Below are positions 1 through 12,713 of a stretch of DNA of 64,000 bases, one piece after another (the first letter of the stretch is position 1; each line of letters begins with the position of its first letter). The notes beneath the pieces were generated by a model, which was not told where the DNA came from, did not search any database, and saw only the letters and a list, made by a program, of their open reading frames with translations. The position numbers were made by a program, and so were the translations under genes. Location: contig OZ024740.1 of NCBI GenBank assembly GCA_964016885.1, forward strand, positions 241,366,001-241,430,000, in the 5' to 3' direction. The stretch comes from Eledone cirrhosa (taxonomy: Eukaryota).

Positions 1-440
1 AATGAACAGTGTACGAGTCATGATATAATAACAATAACAATAATGAAATATTGTGTACAGTGACCAGGTGCACCACAACTCATCAAAAAAGTGCATGTAC
101 AGTACATAGGGCAATGCACAAACATCAGTAAAATGAACAGTGCACGAGTCATGATACACACATGTGTGCATGTGCATGGAAGGGGTACATCAGGTGTAGT
201 TTTGGCGTATTTCGGGTAGCATGAGTGTCTTAAAGGATGCAGTGTCTCGGCAGCTAACAACCGACGCAGGCAGTTTGTTCCATGCTTCAGCAACTCTGAG
301 CGTGAAAAAATGTCTACGAAAGTCATGGGAGCTGTGCTGTTTTCTGATCTTGTAGGCATGTCCACGTGTGTTAGAAACATGGAGATCAAAGAGGCGCTCA
401 GGGTTGCAAATGGCGAGATGGTTAAAAACTTTGTGGAATA
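1..440 (-). mobile_element. CR1-clade LINE, 3' end fragment
   Basis: Minus strand translates to ...HVSNTRGHAYKIRKQHSSHDFRRHFFTLRVAEAWNKLPASVVSC...* (stop at 190-192), the typical CR1 ORF2 C-terminus. The 3' UTR has a repeated AATGAACAGTG(T/C)ACGAGTCATGATA at 1 and 132. Confidence 0.8.
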
Positions 441-999
441 CTTGCTGTAATTTGTGGGATAGATCTGGCTATCAGTCAAAGATTGTGAAGATTGCATCGC
501 TGTCTTCATTTAGAGAAGGGCAGGCAGTTTTTATCTACCTGGTTGCCATAGCGAAAAAGTTATTGTGGTTGATACGTCTGAAAGGGTTGAAGACAAGCAC
601 TTTCCTCTTCGGCGAAGATCAACTTTTCAGGTTTCACTTGAAGAGGAAAATCGGGGTGGCGAGGGAAGTACTGCCTTCTAACTAGTTTGTTGAAACTTGG
701 GTGAGAGAGGCGAGCATCGCCCGAGTTTGCACACTCGTTTCAAGCAGATGTGTGCTAACTTTCACTACCACTTTACACGACCATGACTGTTCGGAGTGAG
801 TGGAGAGTGGAGGGCAGAGATGGTGAGAACTTCAGTTCCTATTACGACGGCCTTCTGTGATACACGGCGGCAGGTGCGGAGTGCAGTGAAAAGCCGGTAG
901 CATCAGCCTTATTCAGCTTTTTCGGGTATTGGTCACGTAGAGCTTTTTCTTGCTATAGTTTTAGCATGACATTCTAGAGATTTGCTTTCAATTTAGATT

Positions 1000-2700
1000 T
1001 TATCTTTTTCACAATTTCTGTTGGTTGTTATGTATTTCTGTTTGTTTTCATTCTGTTCATAATCATCTCTCAATCTAGTTTCTATTTTGTACTTGTTGGC
1101 TTTCTTAAAGATATAAAAACTTTCATTTGATTTGTTCATGCTTCATGGCTATTTGCCTTAACTGTCCATTAAACTTCATTATGTAATCTTTTAGTAAAAA
1201 AGTGGTTATTTTATTATAGTTTTCACGTTTTAGAATGGCCCTACCTCACAGTGTTCGTGGCAGATCAAATCTTCAAATCTTGGTTTAGTCATTATGTTTC
1301 TTGTTTTCTATTTAGTCCTGATAGTTTTTTTGGTGTCCAGATAAGAATATTACAACTGTTGCTTATTACCGGGACCGTAATTATTGCCTATTATATTATT
1401 CACTACATTTATTAGTAATCTAATGCATCTAAAATATTGTTTTCTAATCTTATCTTTCATTTATGTGTTTTGAACCCTGTCTAGTTCATTGATTCCCAAG
1501 CATTTGTACGTCTGTGTTTGATCTAATTATCATATTTTTATCTAGCATCATATTAGAGTTTGTAATTATATTTCCTTTCCATGAATGCCTTCGCGTTTAT
1601 TTCTAATAACATTTTAAAAATATATTTCTTTTATTAGTCTGTGTGTTGATTGCTGCAATGCTTCCAGTTGTCTATCGTTTGCAGCCGAGAGTTTCAGACT
1701 GTCCATATATACAAAAGTTTGTTGATTTTTCCCATGACATTTGCATTCATTTCAAGACAGAAGAAGTGTGTTGATAGTGAGTCTCCTTGAAATATTCCTC
1801 TGTTAACTGGGATGGGATCGGCTTTTGTAAACATGATTTTCGTCTGTACGCACAGAATTATTTGCCACTTACTCATGGCAAGGTTGATACATTTTGTTTA
1901 CTGTTAGTGCTACTTTGTTCATGGCTGACGTGTCCAATATACACTGTGGGAAATACTGTCAAAAGCCTTCTGGTCATCAGTTTTTCTGTTTCTGAAACCT
2001 TCAGTTATGGCTTTGTTGATCAGAACTGATCTTTATAGCTATATGAATCTTTGCAGCATTATTTCTGTTCTTCTGGAAAGAGGTCGTTTCTTTTTTTGGA
2101 AGGTGTTTGACCAGTTTCTGCAATGTCATTGAAGTTGAGATCTTTTAGATTGTAGGTGGACTCATAGGTTTTGGGATTTGCTGTGTCATTATTCATGGAG
2201 CTTAGGATAGTTTTTCCCTTTAGTGAGCCAGTCAGCTGTCATTCCTGGTTCCGTAAACACCTCATTAAACTTGTTTTGCAAGTACTCCACGTGTCCCTGT
2301 TGAATATTTCAACCAGAAGTTAGGGATTTTTTCATATCTTGGTGCTTGCCCCATACCTTTTCAGTGATGTGTTCGTTATTCTAACTAGTACTGTGTGTAA
2401 TGATTGCCTTGCTGCCTGCACTCCTCTCCAGAACACTTCCATTTCTTTTACTTTTGGTGCTACATTGATCTCTCATTGTTTCAACCAAGTTTCAGGTAAA
2501 GTCATTTTGGGCCGTCGTTAGGTCGTGTTTAATGCATGTTTTCATAAATTCTTGCCCGTTTTCAGGCTTGTGTTTGGACTCTTATATATTTCACTGTTTC
2601 ATTATTTAACAAGATGTCAGAGCTTTTTTTATATTTATGTGTCTCCCTTCAAGGTTTCCTACATTGAATCCCTATCAGTTGTCCTTTCTGCAATAGTATT
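1000..2700 (-). mobile_element. Degenerate R4/Dong-like non-LTR retrotransposon RT region
   Basis: Minus-strand motifs IPVNRGIFQGDSLS (ORF 1694-1876), QTYKCLGI (~1500), QKAFDS (~1960) and PNFWLKY (~2315); many stops and frameshifts. Confidence 0.7.
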
Positions 2701-3419
2701 TTCTGTTGCTTATCTGCAGCGAACAATGTGAGGTGATTCAGATTCTAAAGCTGGTTGATTGTCCAACACATTAGATTGTCTAACACATTAGATAAAGGTG
2801 TTAATAACTGATATAAAAAGAAAGGCATGTGGGCTGGAGTTTCTTTTCATAATTCTCTATTTTTTATCTACAAAGTATTTTATATTATATTTATTAACAG
2901 CGTATTATTGGTACTACCATATTCATCTCTAATAATTCTAGAATCTATCGGTAAAGATCTCTGTCGATAACACTTTAGTAGCCAATCCATGCGATGCTCA
3001 TACTCTTCGCTCTCCTCATACAATTGGTAGTTAGTTGTTTTTCTGCCTTAATTATTTATCTACTGTGATATTAATGCGGTTAATGTTTTCAACTGTATCC
3101 ACGAAGACTATGAGCCTGCAGTTTTGAGACTTGCTGTTTCTATAGATGGGTTCTCCTTCAGTGAGTAGTTCAGGTGTTATTTCCGGTTATTTCAATAGAG
3201 CATTAATATGTTTGCCAATACTTTGTGTAACTGTTAAATATTTTGAATAGAGGTTTGTGGTTTTACCTAGCAAACCCTTCGCTATCCATACACTTGCTCC
3301 AAATACTTCTACTTCTATAAATATTTGTGTGTCATTTTTGCAGGTTATTTTTTATTTTATCTTTCTTTTTTGTTTCATATATCCAGAGAAAGGGGCAGTG
3401 ACCTTAGCCACCACTTAAA

Positions 3420-5062
3420 ATGTTCAAAGTGAAGACCTGAACAGGAAGCAATCACCGACGGCCGTTAATGGGGTGGGGTATGGGTTAATATTGGGTTGTG
3501 GGGTTAGACACAATATGTGTGATGAGAGGAGAAGATGAGTAAATCGGGAGTGTCCGAGTAAAGAGGAGCAGTGGACATAGTAGTAGTAGTAAAAGAAAAG
3601 CAAGAGAAGACAGCATGTCTGTGGGTCAGAGGCTTGGGTGTGTTTTTGAGTAACTTTATGCAAGTCATTCTGATGGTACTTCTTTGGATGTGGTCTGGAA
3701 TCTATGTGTAGCAACAACAGTGTGCCATATGTGACATCATTATCTATTGTGTGTCTCATCTGTTCTTCATAAAGAAGATGAGCTTTTTTTATGATTTTAA
3801 TATCGATGGATTTTCGCGATTTAGTAAGGATCTATTATTGCAGGAATTCGTTGATTTCAAGTACTCTTTTGTTATGTTAAATTTCCTTTATTTTTCAATA
3901 GTGTCGGTCCGTCACTCATTTCATTAAGAGATGTAAAACGTGCTTGGTATTTCACATAGCTGTTCGAGTAGATTGTAACTAGCGTGGTTGCTGCATGTAT
4001 TATTTCATTCGACTGCGATGGTCGTATTTGTTTTCATTAAGACTACAATGGCCTGATTTGTGCTTTCCAACGTTGTTTCAATATTATCGAGAGGGTCTTA
4101 ACCTGGTTATTGAGAAATTATCTACTGATGTTTTAATCTTTAACTATTTTCAACAGTAGATTATTATTCTATCCAGAATTTCCTTCTTTATAATTTTCTA
4201 GTCTTAAATCCTTCGTATATTCCCTTTTATTCATATCTTAAATTGTGTTGACACCTTCAGTATTTGTTGACCAGTGTTCCGTAGATTTGTTAAGATTTGG
4301 TAATATTGTGCTTTGTACTTTTGATATTTTGTGGAATTTCCCCATATTCCTACTTGTCAATTAGCATCCAATTATTCACGGAATAACAGGCACATTTTAT
4401 GTCCCAATAATCTACTTCATTGCATTGCTTATAAGATAAAGTAAATATTGGTGTATTCCTTTTAAAATCTGAATTATTTTTATCACTACATAAGTATCAT
4501 ATTTCATGAGTGTATGATTACTGACGAGACAAGTCTAATTTTAATAAAGGATGTAACACTTTCTGTTTTATTGCATATTATGTACAGAATCTTAAGTAGA
4601 ATACGGTGAGAGAATTGTTCATGGAACTGAAATACCAAGCACGTTTTACATATCTTAATGAAATCAGTGACGGACCGACACTATTGAAAAATAAAGGAAA
4701 TTTAACATAACAAAAGAGTACTTGAAATCAACGAATTCCTGCAATAATAGATCCTTACTAAATCGCGAAAATCCATCGATATTAAAAGCATAAAAAAGCT
4801 CATCTTCGACCTAAATCGAGTTTATGAAGAACAGATGAGACTCACAATAGATAATAATATCACATAAGGCACACTGTTGTTGCTACACACATACATTCCA
4901 GACCACATACAAAGAAGAACAATCAGAATGACTTGCATAAAGTTACTCAAAAACACACCCAAGCCTCTGACCCACAGACACGCTGTCTTCTCTTGCTTTT
5001 CTTTTACTACTACTACTATGTCCACTGCTCCTCTTTATTCGGACACTCCCGATTTACTCATC
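3420..5062. mobile_element. Old PLE-like relic with ~420-bp inverted arms (3534-3954 / 4628-5062)
   Basis: The arms are diverged reverse complements. They carry a weak GIY-YIG C-terminal-like string (RVLEINE..SLLNRE). The inverted repeat is certain; the PLE identity is inferred. Confidence 0.5.
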
Positions 5063-5735
5063 AAATGATAAGTATCGCTTACTTGATCAATTTCATGGAA
5101 CTGCATGATAAATAAAAGTTTCTTGTTTATACATTACATATAAAGTATTAATTTAATGAAAGTATTGATTATATAAGAGGCCTACATTAGATTTGCCACT
5201 TTGGTAGATGTATTAGATTTTAGTTTTTTTAAATATTGCCCAATTCCTTTGGAATTTAATTGACGATCTCGCTATTGCTTCATTAGCTTTGGATAGAGTT
5301 TATTTCGAAATGGCAAAAGTAGGTTTTTTTCGTTTACGATGACAAGGTAATGTTCACAATCAATAATCTCATTTTTAGAACACCCTGTGACATTCACTAC
5401 TCGTTTCTTCACGTAACACATCGCTAAATGTATGATGTATTATTAGAAAGAGATCTAATATGTTTCCAAGGTTTCTATTATATCTAATTGTATATCGCTT
5501 TCGGCATTATCAGTAATTAGCCAAAATATGCAGATTATTAAAATCTGTAGAGAGTAACGGTCAGACTATTGCATTCTGATGTAAACAACGTCAACCTGCA
5601 CATAAATTACTATTAGAAATACCAAAGAGAGGAAAAGCAAAAAAAAAACAAAAACCAAATTCAATATTCGGTGTCTTTCAACGAATCTGTAGTAAAGATA
5701 CTATTTAATTATTTTACAACGGTTTATTATTTCTT

Positions 5736-5915
5736 TTGGCAGTATCGGTAGAGGGTCGGACGCCATGCTTTCCAGCCTAGTTACGTCCCTTTACGATCTG
5801 AGTTCAAATCCCGCCGAGGTTGACTTTGCCATTCATCCTTACGGGGTCGATAAAATAAAGTACCAGTAATGCACTGGATATTGCTGGCCTTGTGCCTAAC
5901 GTAGAAACAATTATT
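5736..5915 (+). mobile_element. tRNA-derived SINE, family A
   Basis: A box TGGCAGTATCGG, B box GAGTTCAAATCC, Deu/Nin-like core (CATCCTTACGGGGTCGATAAAATAAAGTACCAG), tail GTAGAAACAATTATT; TTATTTCTTT on both flanks. Confidence 0.9.
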
Positions 5916-6017
5916 TCTTTAACAAATCAATTAAATCTATTTAAATCTACATTTAAAATTAAATCACTTTGTCCATATGAAATTCGGCTGGATTTTGTTT
6001 CATTAGAAAGATGTAAT

Positions 6018-6109
<92 letters not shown>

Positions 6110-6483
6110 TTAATTATTCATTCACTTATCTATTTACTGTACTATCCTATTTAAAACCGACAATTAATTTCAGTGACTGGTTTCTCTATCAAGGCATGTA
6201 CCTAACGAGTTCAAGCCCTTCTAGCAAATAATCTCATGTCGGCTGAGCGACTACGAATAACTGATAAATTTCACGTGTAACGAAATCCAAGGAAGTAATC
6301 ATATTACACCATAGTGACTTTCACAAGAGGAAAAATTCAAGCAAATAGAAATAGAAATCATTGAAGACTATCGTCGGGTTATTTCATATGGCAGCGTCTC
6401 TAAGCAAAACGTCTTGTGTCGGAAAATTCAATGAGATTTAGTGAACGATAATTTATCCGTCTCAATATTTATTATTAAACAAG

Positions 6484-6944
<461 letters not shown>

Positions 6945-9900
6945 CCGGGTGTAGGAGGCTAATCCGGGATTTCTTGAACGAATTTATCCAAAGACTTCTT
7001 GAACCTGATGGGGTCTGTCTCTGCTTTGATGTGTTAAAGAGTGCAGGGCCAATTGAGGTGAAATAATTGTGCCGTATTGTTGTTATGTGATGCGAGTGGG
7101 ATTTTTGTCGTGGGCGGATAAGCACGGGGCCCAAGCCTTGGGTGTACACTAAAGGTGATGCCAACATCATTTGGGCTAAGCTGATGGAATATTTTCCACA
7201 TCATACAGATAATGTAGCGCTCACGGCGACGTTGAAGAGAATAAAGTTTGAGCTTTTCTAATCGACTCCAATAGTCAAGGCCTGTCATGCCATATATCTC
7301 TTTTGTAATTGACCTTTGGGGTGCTTCAACTTTCATGATACTTTGTTTAGTGTGGGGTGGCCACAGTGGACAACAGTATTCAAGGTGGGGTCGGGAAAAA
7401 GTGGAGAAGAGAAGGACAATAGTGTGGATATTTCACGACTAGAAAGTTCTGAGAATCCAGGAACACATTCTGCGGGCCATCTCAACTTTGCTGTTTATAT
7501 GAGTGGCCCAGCTTATATTGTTGTCCACAATTACTCTCAGGTCTCAGATGTTATTGGAAGCCACTAGAGTTTCAACCGAAGGTAGAGAGTATGGTAGTTT
7601 CAGGGCATCCTTTTTTCCAGAGTAGATTAGTTCAAATTTATCCTCATTCAACAGCATATTATTCATCTCTGCCTATTGGATAACAGCCAGTAGGTCTGAC
7701 TGAAGGCAAGTCCGGTCACCCACCTCATTGATGACCCTTTGGAGCTTGGAATCATCTGCGAAGATTCTGATGTTGCTGTGTTTGATGATGTCAGTAATGT
7801 CATTAATGTAGATGGTGAAAAGAAGTGGGCCCAACACAGTGCCTTGTGGGACGTCACTGCTGACTTTGGCAGGGCTTGATTTTACTCCTTCGACTACAAC
7901 ATGCTGGGTTCTGCCTGTCAGGAAACATTTGATCCACTGTAGTAACCTTCCAGAGACACCAACATTGGATAGTTTTTTCAGTAGAATCTTATGATCAACC
8001 CTGTTGAAGGCCTTGCTGAAATAAAGGTAGATGACATCAGTGTTGGAGCCCTCTCCCAAGGCTCTCAAAACATCGTCAAAGTGATGAGGAGCTGCGTTAG
8101 GCAGTCCCTTCCATTACGGAACCCATGTTGGTTAGAGTTCAGCAGGCCGTTGCTTTCAAGAAAGTGGGTTATTCATGATCTCACCGCCCTCTCAAATACT
8201 TTGATAATATGAGAGGTGAGTGAGATGGGACGGTAGTTCACTGCAAGGGACTTATTTCCCTTTTTGAAGACTGGGACAGAAAGTTTTCAGGAATATAGCC
8301 AGTGTCCAGTGAGTTCCTCCATAGATTAGCAAGAGGAGTTGCAAGTTGGTGTCGACACACCTTCAGGACATAAGCAGGGAACCTGTCGGGGCCTACTGCT
8401 GAATTGTGTTTAATTTCGTTTATTGCCGCTAAGACATTAGGGGCGCCAAACGTTATGTCTGATATAGTGTGTTGGGGGTTAACATCACTGATACGGCCCA
8501 TATCGGCCATATCAGGATTGCTGAAAACAGAGCAGTATTGTTTCTGCAGTATCTCGCCCATGGTTTTGGCATTGTCCTGGAGTGTGCCATTTTCATCAAC
8601 TAGGGGGTCAACAGTGGAGACGGTGACCTTGTGTTTTTTAGCAAATGAGAAGAACACTTTGGGGTTGAGTTTGATTTTCTCAATGGCCCACTTCTCTTCA
8701 GCTATTCTCTGGTTATTGATGATGGTCATCATGCATTGCTGGAGGTTATATTTTTTTGACTCAAGCAGGGTGATAGCCATTGAATGTGTGTGTTGTTGTT
8801 GGCAGTATTTTAGTGTGTTAATTTTTTTGTTTGTTCTTTTTATTTTTCACATATATTTGTGACAGTGTCTACAAAGATCTGCCAAGATATTTTGATGTTG
8901 GTGGAAGTGTGTGCGTGTGAAAAAAGACCAGTCGACATGTGATAGTTCGTTCATAATTGCATCCCAGTTGGCATTGTAGAGATCCATGTTATCAAATGGG
9001 TGGGCTGGAGAGAGGACGGCTGGTGGAATCTCAGGTTACAAAGAACCATGTCATGGTCTGAGAGAAGGGTTTTTTTCCACTGTAATATTATGTATAGTGT
9101 TAGTGTGGTTACTAAACACTAGATCCAGAATGTTTTTCTGATGTCTCGTTGGTGCAAGGACAAGTTGGGACAAGAAAAACTCATTCATGAAGTCAAGAAA
9201 TGACTCGACAGCCTCTTTGTCAGTGGTTGAGGCTGTGGGGCCTGGTTTCAAACTACATGTAGACCAATCGACACAGGGTAGATTAAAGTCTCCCATCAAA
9301 AGTATGTTGCTGGAATGGCACTGTTTAATAAAGCATTTAATACTGTTGAGGCATTCTTTGGAACAGATTATGGGTGTTTGTGGTGGCCTATAGAGCCCAA
9401 CAATGTTATGTCATTGGCTTTATTGTGCAAAATGACTGATTCACAGTATCCATTAGAGAATGTGTTGCCATCTACCGTAAAGGAATCATGCAGGAAAATG
9501 GCAGTTCCACCCTTCCTTCTGCCAACACGATCTGCTCGGATGGTTGTGAAATTTCTCACTCTTACTTCGGCATCCAAGTGGGAGTTGTCAAGGTGGGTCT
9601 CAGTAAGAATGAAGAAGGGGATGTGAAATGGATGGTTACCAACCCAATCCTCAATGAATTGGATCTTCTATTTCTGTGCATTGATGGATGGGCTGATACC
9701 TTGTGTATTGAGTAAGAATGTGGAGGCTAGTGTGGTGGCTGGTTTTGACTGTTGCAGGGGGCTTGTTTTGTGATTGTGTGTTAGTGACAGCAAGGTTGGT
9801 GTTGGGTAATGGCTAAAATGTTTTTCTCTATCTCTTTTGCCAGCTTCAGGGAGCAGTTTTTGATTGGATTTGTGGTTACAACATTGGACAGAGTTGCAGT

Positions 9901-10702
9901 TCCCTCTTTTGTTGTTGTTGTTGTATTTGTTGTAATTGTGTCTTTGTGAAAAGACTAGAGCAGCGTTATTTTTGTTGTTGTTGTGATCGTGTCTTTGTGA
10001 CAAAACTGGAGCAGCATTACTTTTGTTGTTTTTGTTGTTGTAATCATGTCTTGATTACAACAACAAAAACTGGAGCAGCATTACCGCAGAAGGGGGTGGC
10101 TTTATTGTGGTTGTGGGTTGGCATGAAGCCCCTTTTCTGTTCGTGCGTTGTGTCCCAGGAAGATGAGTGAAGGGATAGTCAGTCAGCAGACATAGCCTCT
10201 CACGTTGGGAATGTTGGCAGATTTTGGGACTGCGACCTATACGTGCAGGCAGCGTGCTTTGGTGATGGCTGGCAGTGTTAGTGTGCCTAGTACCCGGTAA
10301 ATGGGTAAATATACAGTCGCTACGTGTGCATAGCCTCTGACGTTGTGAGTAGCGGCATGTTTGGGGGTCTCTAGTATGTGTAGTGGGAGGTGCATACAGC
10401 TCCATAGAACTTTTTTTTTATAGTTCTTTTGACTATGGCATGGTTGTGGTTGTGATGTGGGGGAAGAAAGCATTGGTGGTGATGATGATGATGACAACTG
10501 TGGTGGGAGAGAGAGCAGTGGTCCATTACTAGCAGTTGGTGTGGCAGGAGATGGTGTAGGTGTGGCAATAGATGGTGACGGTGGTAATGGTCATGTCGAT
10601 AATGATGGCTGAGTCATACTGTCATTCAGTAGTTCAACGATTATGCTTGAATTCAGTAGTGGTTGTTCCTGGCTTTCTGGCTGTTGTTGTTGTTTTTGTG
10701 GC

Positions 10703-10733
<31 letters not shown>

Positions 10734-11020
10734 CATTAGAGTAAATATGTCGAAATTTTACAAAATGGTTTTGAATTAGTTTTAAAGAGACTTCTACATG
10801 TTTTAGTTTGTTGTGTATCTGCTTAGCAGACGTCGTCGTAAATGTTTGGGCTGTTTTTTCAGCAATTTCATTCAGACACGACGCGTGAATGTTTGTTCTT
10901 TGTGACAGAGAAAACCATGTGTTTATTAAGAGGTCAATTTCATTTTCAGACCAATTTGGTTGTTTGAGGATGTTAATAGTTTTTGGTTATTTGGTTGTTT
11001 GAAGATATCCAAGGAAAAAC
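6945..11020 (-). mobile_element. Near-full-length CR1-clade LINE (ORF1 with CCCH-like fingers, APE, RT), frameshifted
   Basis: APE motifs RADRVGRRKGGTAIF and MGDFNLP; RT motifs YLYFSKAFNRVDH, VPQGTVLGPLLFTIYIND and FADDSKL; C-terminal LYSLQRRRERY. The 3' end abuts (TA)n at 6944. Confidence 0.9.
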
Positions 11021-11326
11021 GAGTGTATATAATATTATTTGAAAAAACGGGTGTATATAATATTATTTGAAGAAATTAAAGAATATATATATATATATAA
11101 ATATTTCGTTTCTGAATTTGTTTAGCAAGATTCTTTATCTGAAATCGTGTGTTGAAACCGATATTGTTATACTTTGGGAGGGTCATGTTGCCAATAAGAA
11201 ACACACGCACCAGTTGCTTTCACTTCAATTTATTATATATTTATAAATTTATAAATTTACAAATCTGCAAATTTATAAATTTCTGGTTGGTTGGTTGGTT
11301 CCACAACCAGATAGTTGTTTATATAT

Positions 11327-11371
11327 AGTCATAGTCCTTTCGTCACACACTCTGTGACCTCTTCAGTGACT
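11327..11371 (-). ncRNA. Minimal type I hammerhead ribozyme (PLE pseudo-LTR)
   Basis: Reverse complement of 15201-15245. Confidence 0.85.
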
Positions 11372-11587
11372 GGGGATTCCTTTCTTTGTTTCTGTGCCTT
11401 TCCTTTCTTCTGTCCTACGCCATTTTGTTTCTGTGTGTGTGTTGTATGCTCAGTTTGCGCATGCGCCACATCCGGGTGTCTGTGTGTGTTTGTGTTCATT
11501 TATCTATTTGTTTATTTATTTATTTATTTATTTACATGTTGTTGGTTGGTTGTTTGTTCTATGTGTGTGTGTGTTTTCATTTTGTCC

Positions 11588-12712
11588 TTAATTGTAAGTT
11601 GTGATGTTGCTGTTCCACTCATATTTTCTATTTAATTTTGGTTGTAATTCTTTTATGCTTACTGCCTCTGTAATTTGCCTAAACATTGCATCTTTTCTGT
11701 GTGTGGATTCTATTTTTATTTCTATGTTCTCTAATTTACCCTTGTGCTCTATCTTAGCATGTTGGTAGAGCACAGATGATTCTTTATTATCTTGAAGGTC
11801 TCGCCAGTGTTCATTTATTCGTTCCCCTATACTACGAGCTGTCTCACCTATGTACACTATATTTTTGTTTCTACATTGTCCTTCAGTACATCTTATGCTA
11901 TACACTACATTTCTAGTTTTACAGTTAATATGGGGGCTTATTTTACAGGTTATACATTTCTTATCTATACATGAGGGTCTTTGGAACGGGTATGTCTTGC
12001 TAATAAGTGTTTTTACGGAGGTACCTGGTCTTTCTACTATCTTAATATTGAGTTTATGTTTATTTAGGGCCCTTCTAAATTTGTAGGCTAGTTCGCCTCT
12101 AGGGGTTGTATTGATGAACATTACACTCTGGTATTTATTGCTATCATACCATGAGTTTATTCTATTGGCCTTGTTCCTAGTTCTTTCTATTCTATTCCAA
12201 AATTTGCTCCTATACAAGGGGCAGGTCCCATTTATGTCATTATTTACCATTTTTTCCCATTTGGTTCTGGCTCCTCTATACACTCTGATTCTATCTCTCT
12301 GATTGTAGCCAGAGAACTGCATACGGTGGATGAAGTGTTGTATGTGTCTCTCTAGTTCTTCGGGGTTGCACATGCTTCTGTTTGTTCATCGACCTGCGAC
12401 GGCAACTGCTTGCGTTTGTTAAATGGTAAAGTCGTGGCGTGGACTCGTCGCAGGTCGAATGATTTATCGGAGGGATTATAAAACGGAGAGTTCCAGGCTG
12501 CTGCTTTATGTGTACTAGTGCTATTGTTATTGTTAGTTGTGTTGTTTCTATTTCTATTTCCACCAACAGCCTCATGGTTGTTTCTATGTCTCTCATAATT
12601 ACTCCTGTCTCTTTCCACTGGCTCAATGTTGTTATCTACCCTATTTTGTGTGTCTGTGTGTTCGTCTTGGTTATTCTCTTTGTCCTTAGTCTCCCATCTC
12701 CTTTTCCTTTTA
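11588..12712 (-). pseudogene. Inverted, internally deleted copy of the PLE ORF (upstream segment fused to the thumb/GIY-YIG part)
   Basis: 11588-12373 matches the last 261 aa of the main ORF. 12373-12712 encodes ...LPFNKRKQLPSQVDEQTEA, which overlaps the start TEAQFSIAK of the plus-strand frame. Confidence 0.85.
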
Positions 12713-12713
12713 A

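Noticed and set aside
1960-1980. CTGATGA on the minus strand (also 18144 on plus)
   Set aside because: Both lie in RT coding motifs, with no stem II-GAAA partner.
4521-4545. CTGACGA-GAC-AA-GTC resembling an HHR 5' half
   Set aside because: It is followed by TAAT rather than GAAA, and has no stem I or III.
5736-5820. tRNA-like A/B boxes
   Set aside because: These are SINE heads with no complete cloverleaf, always fused to the SINE core.
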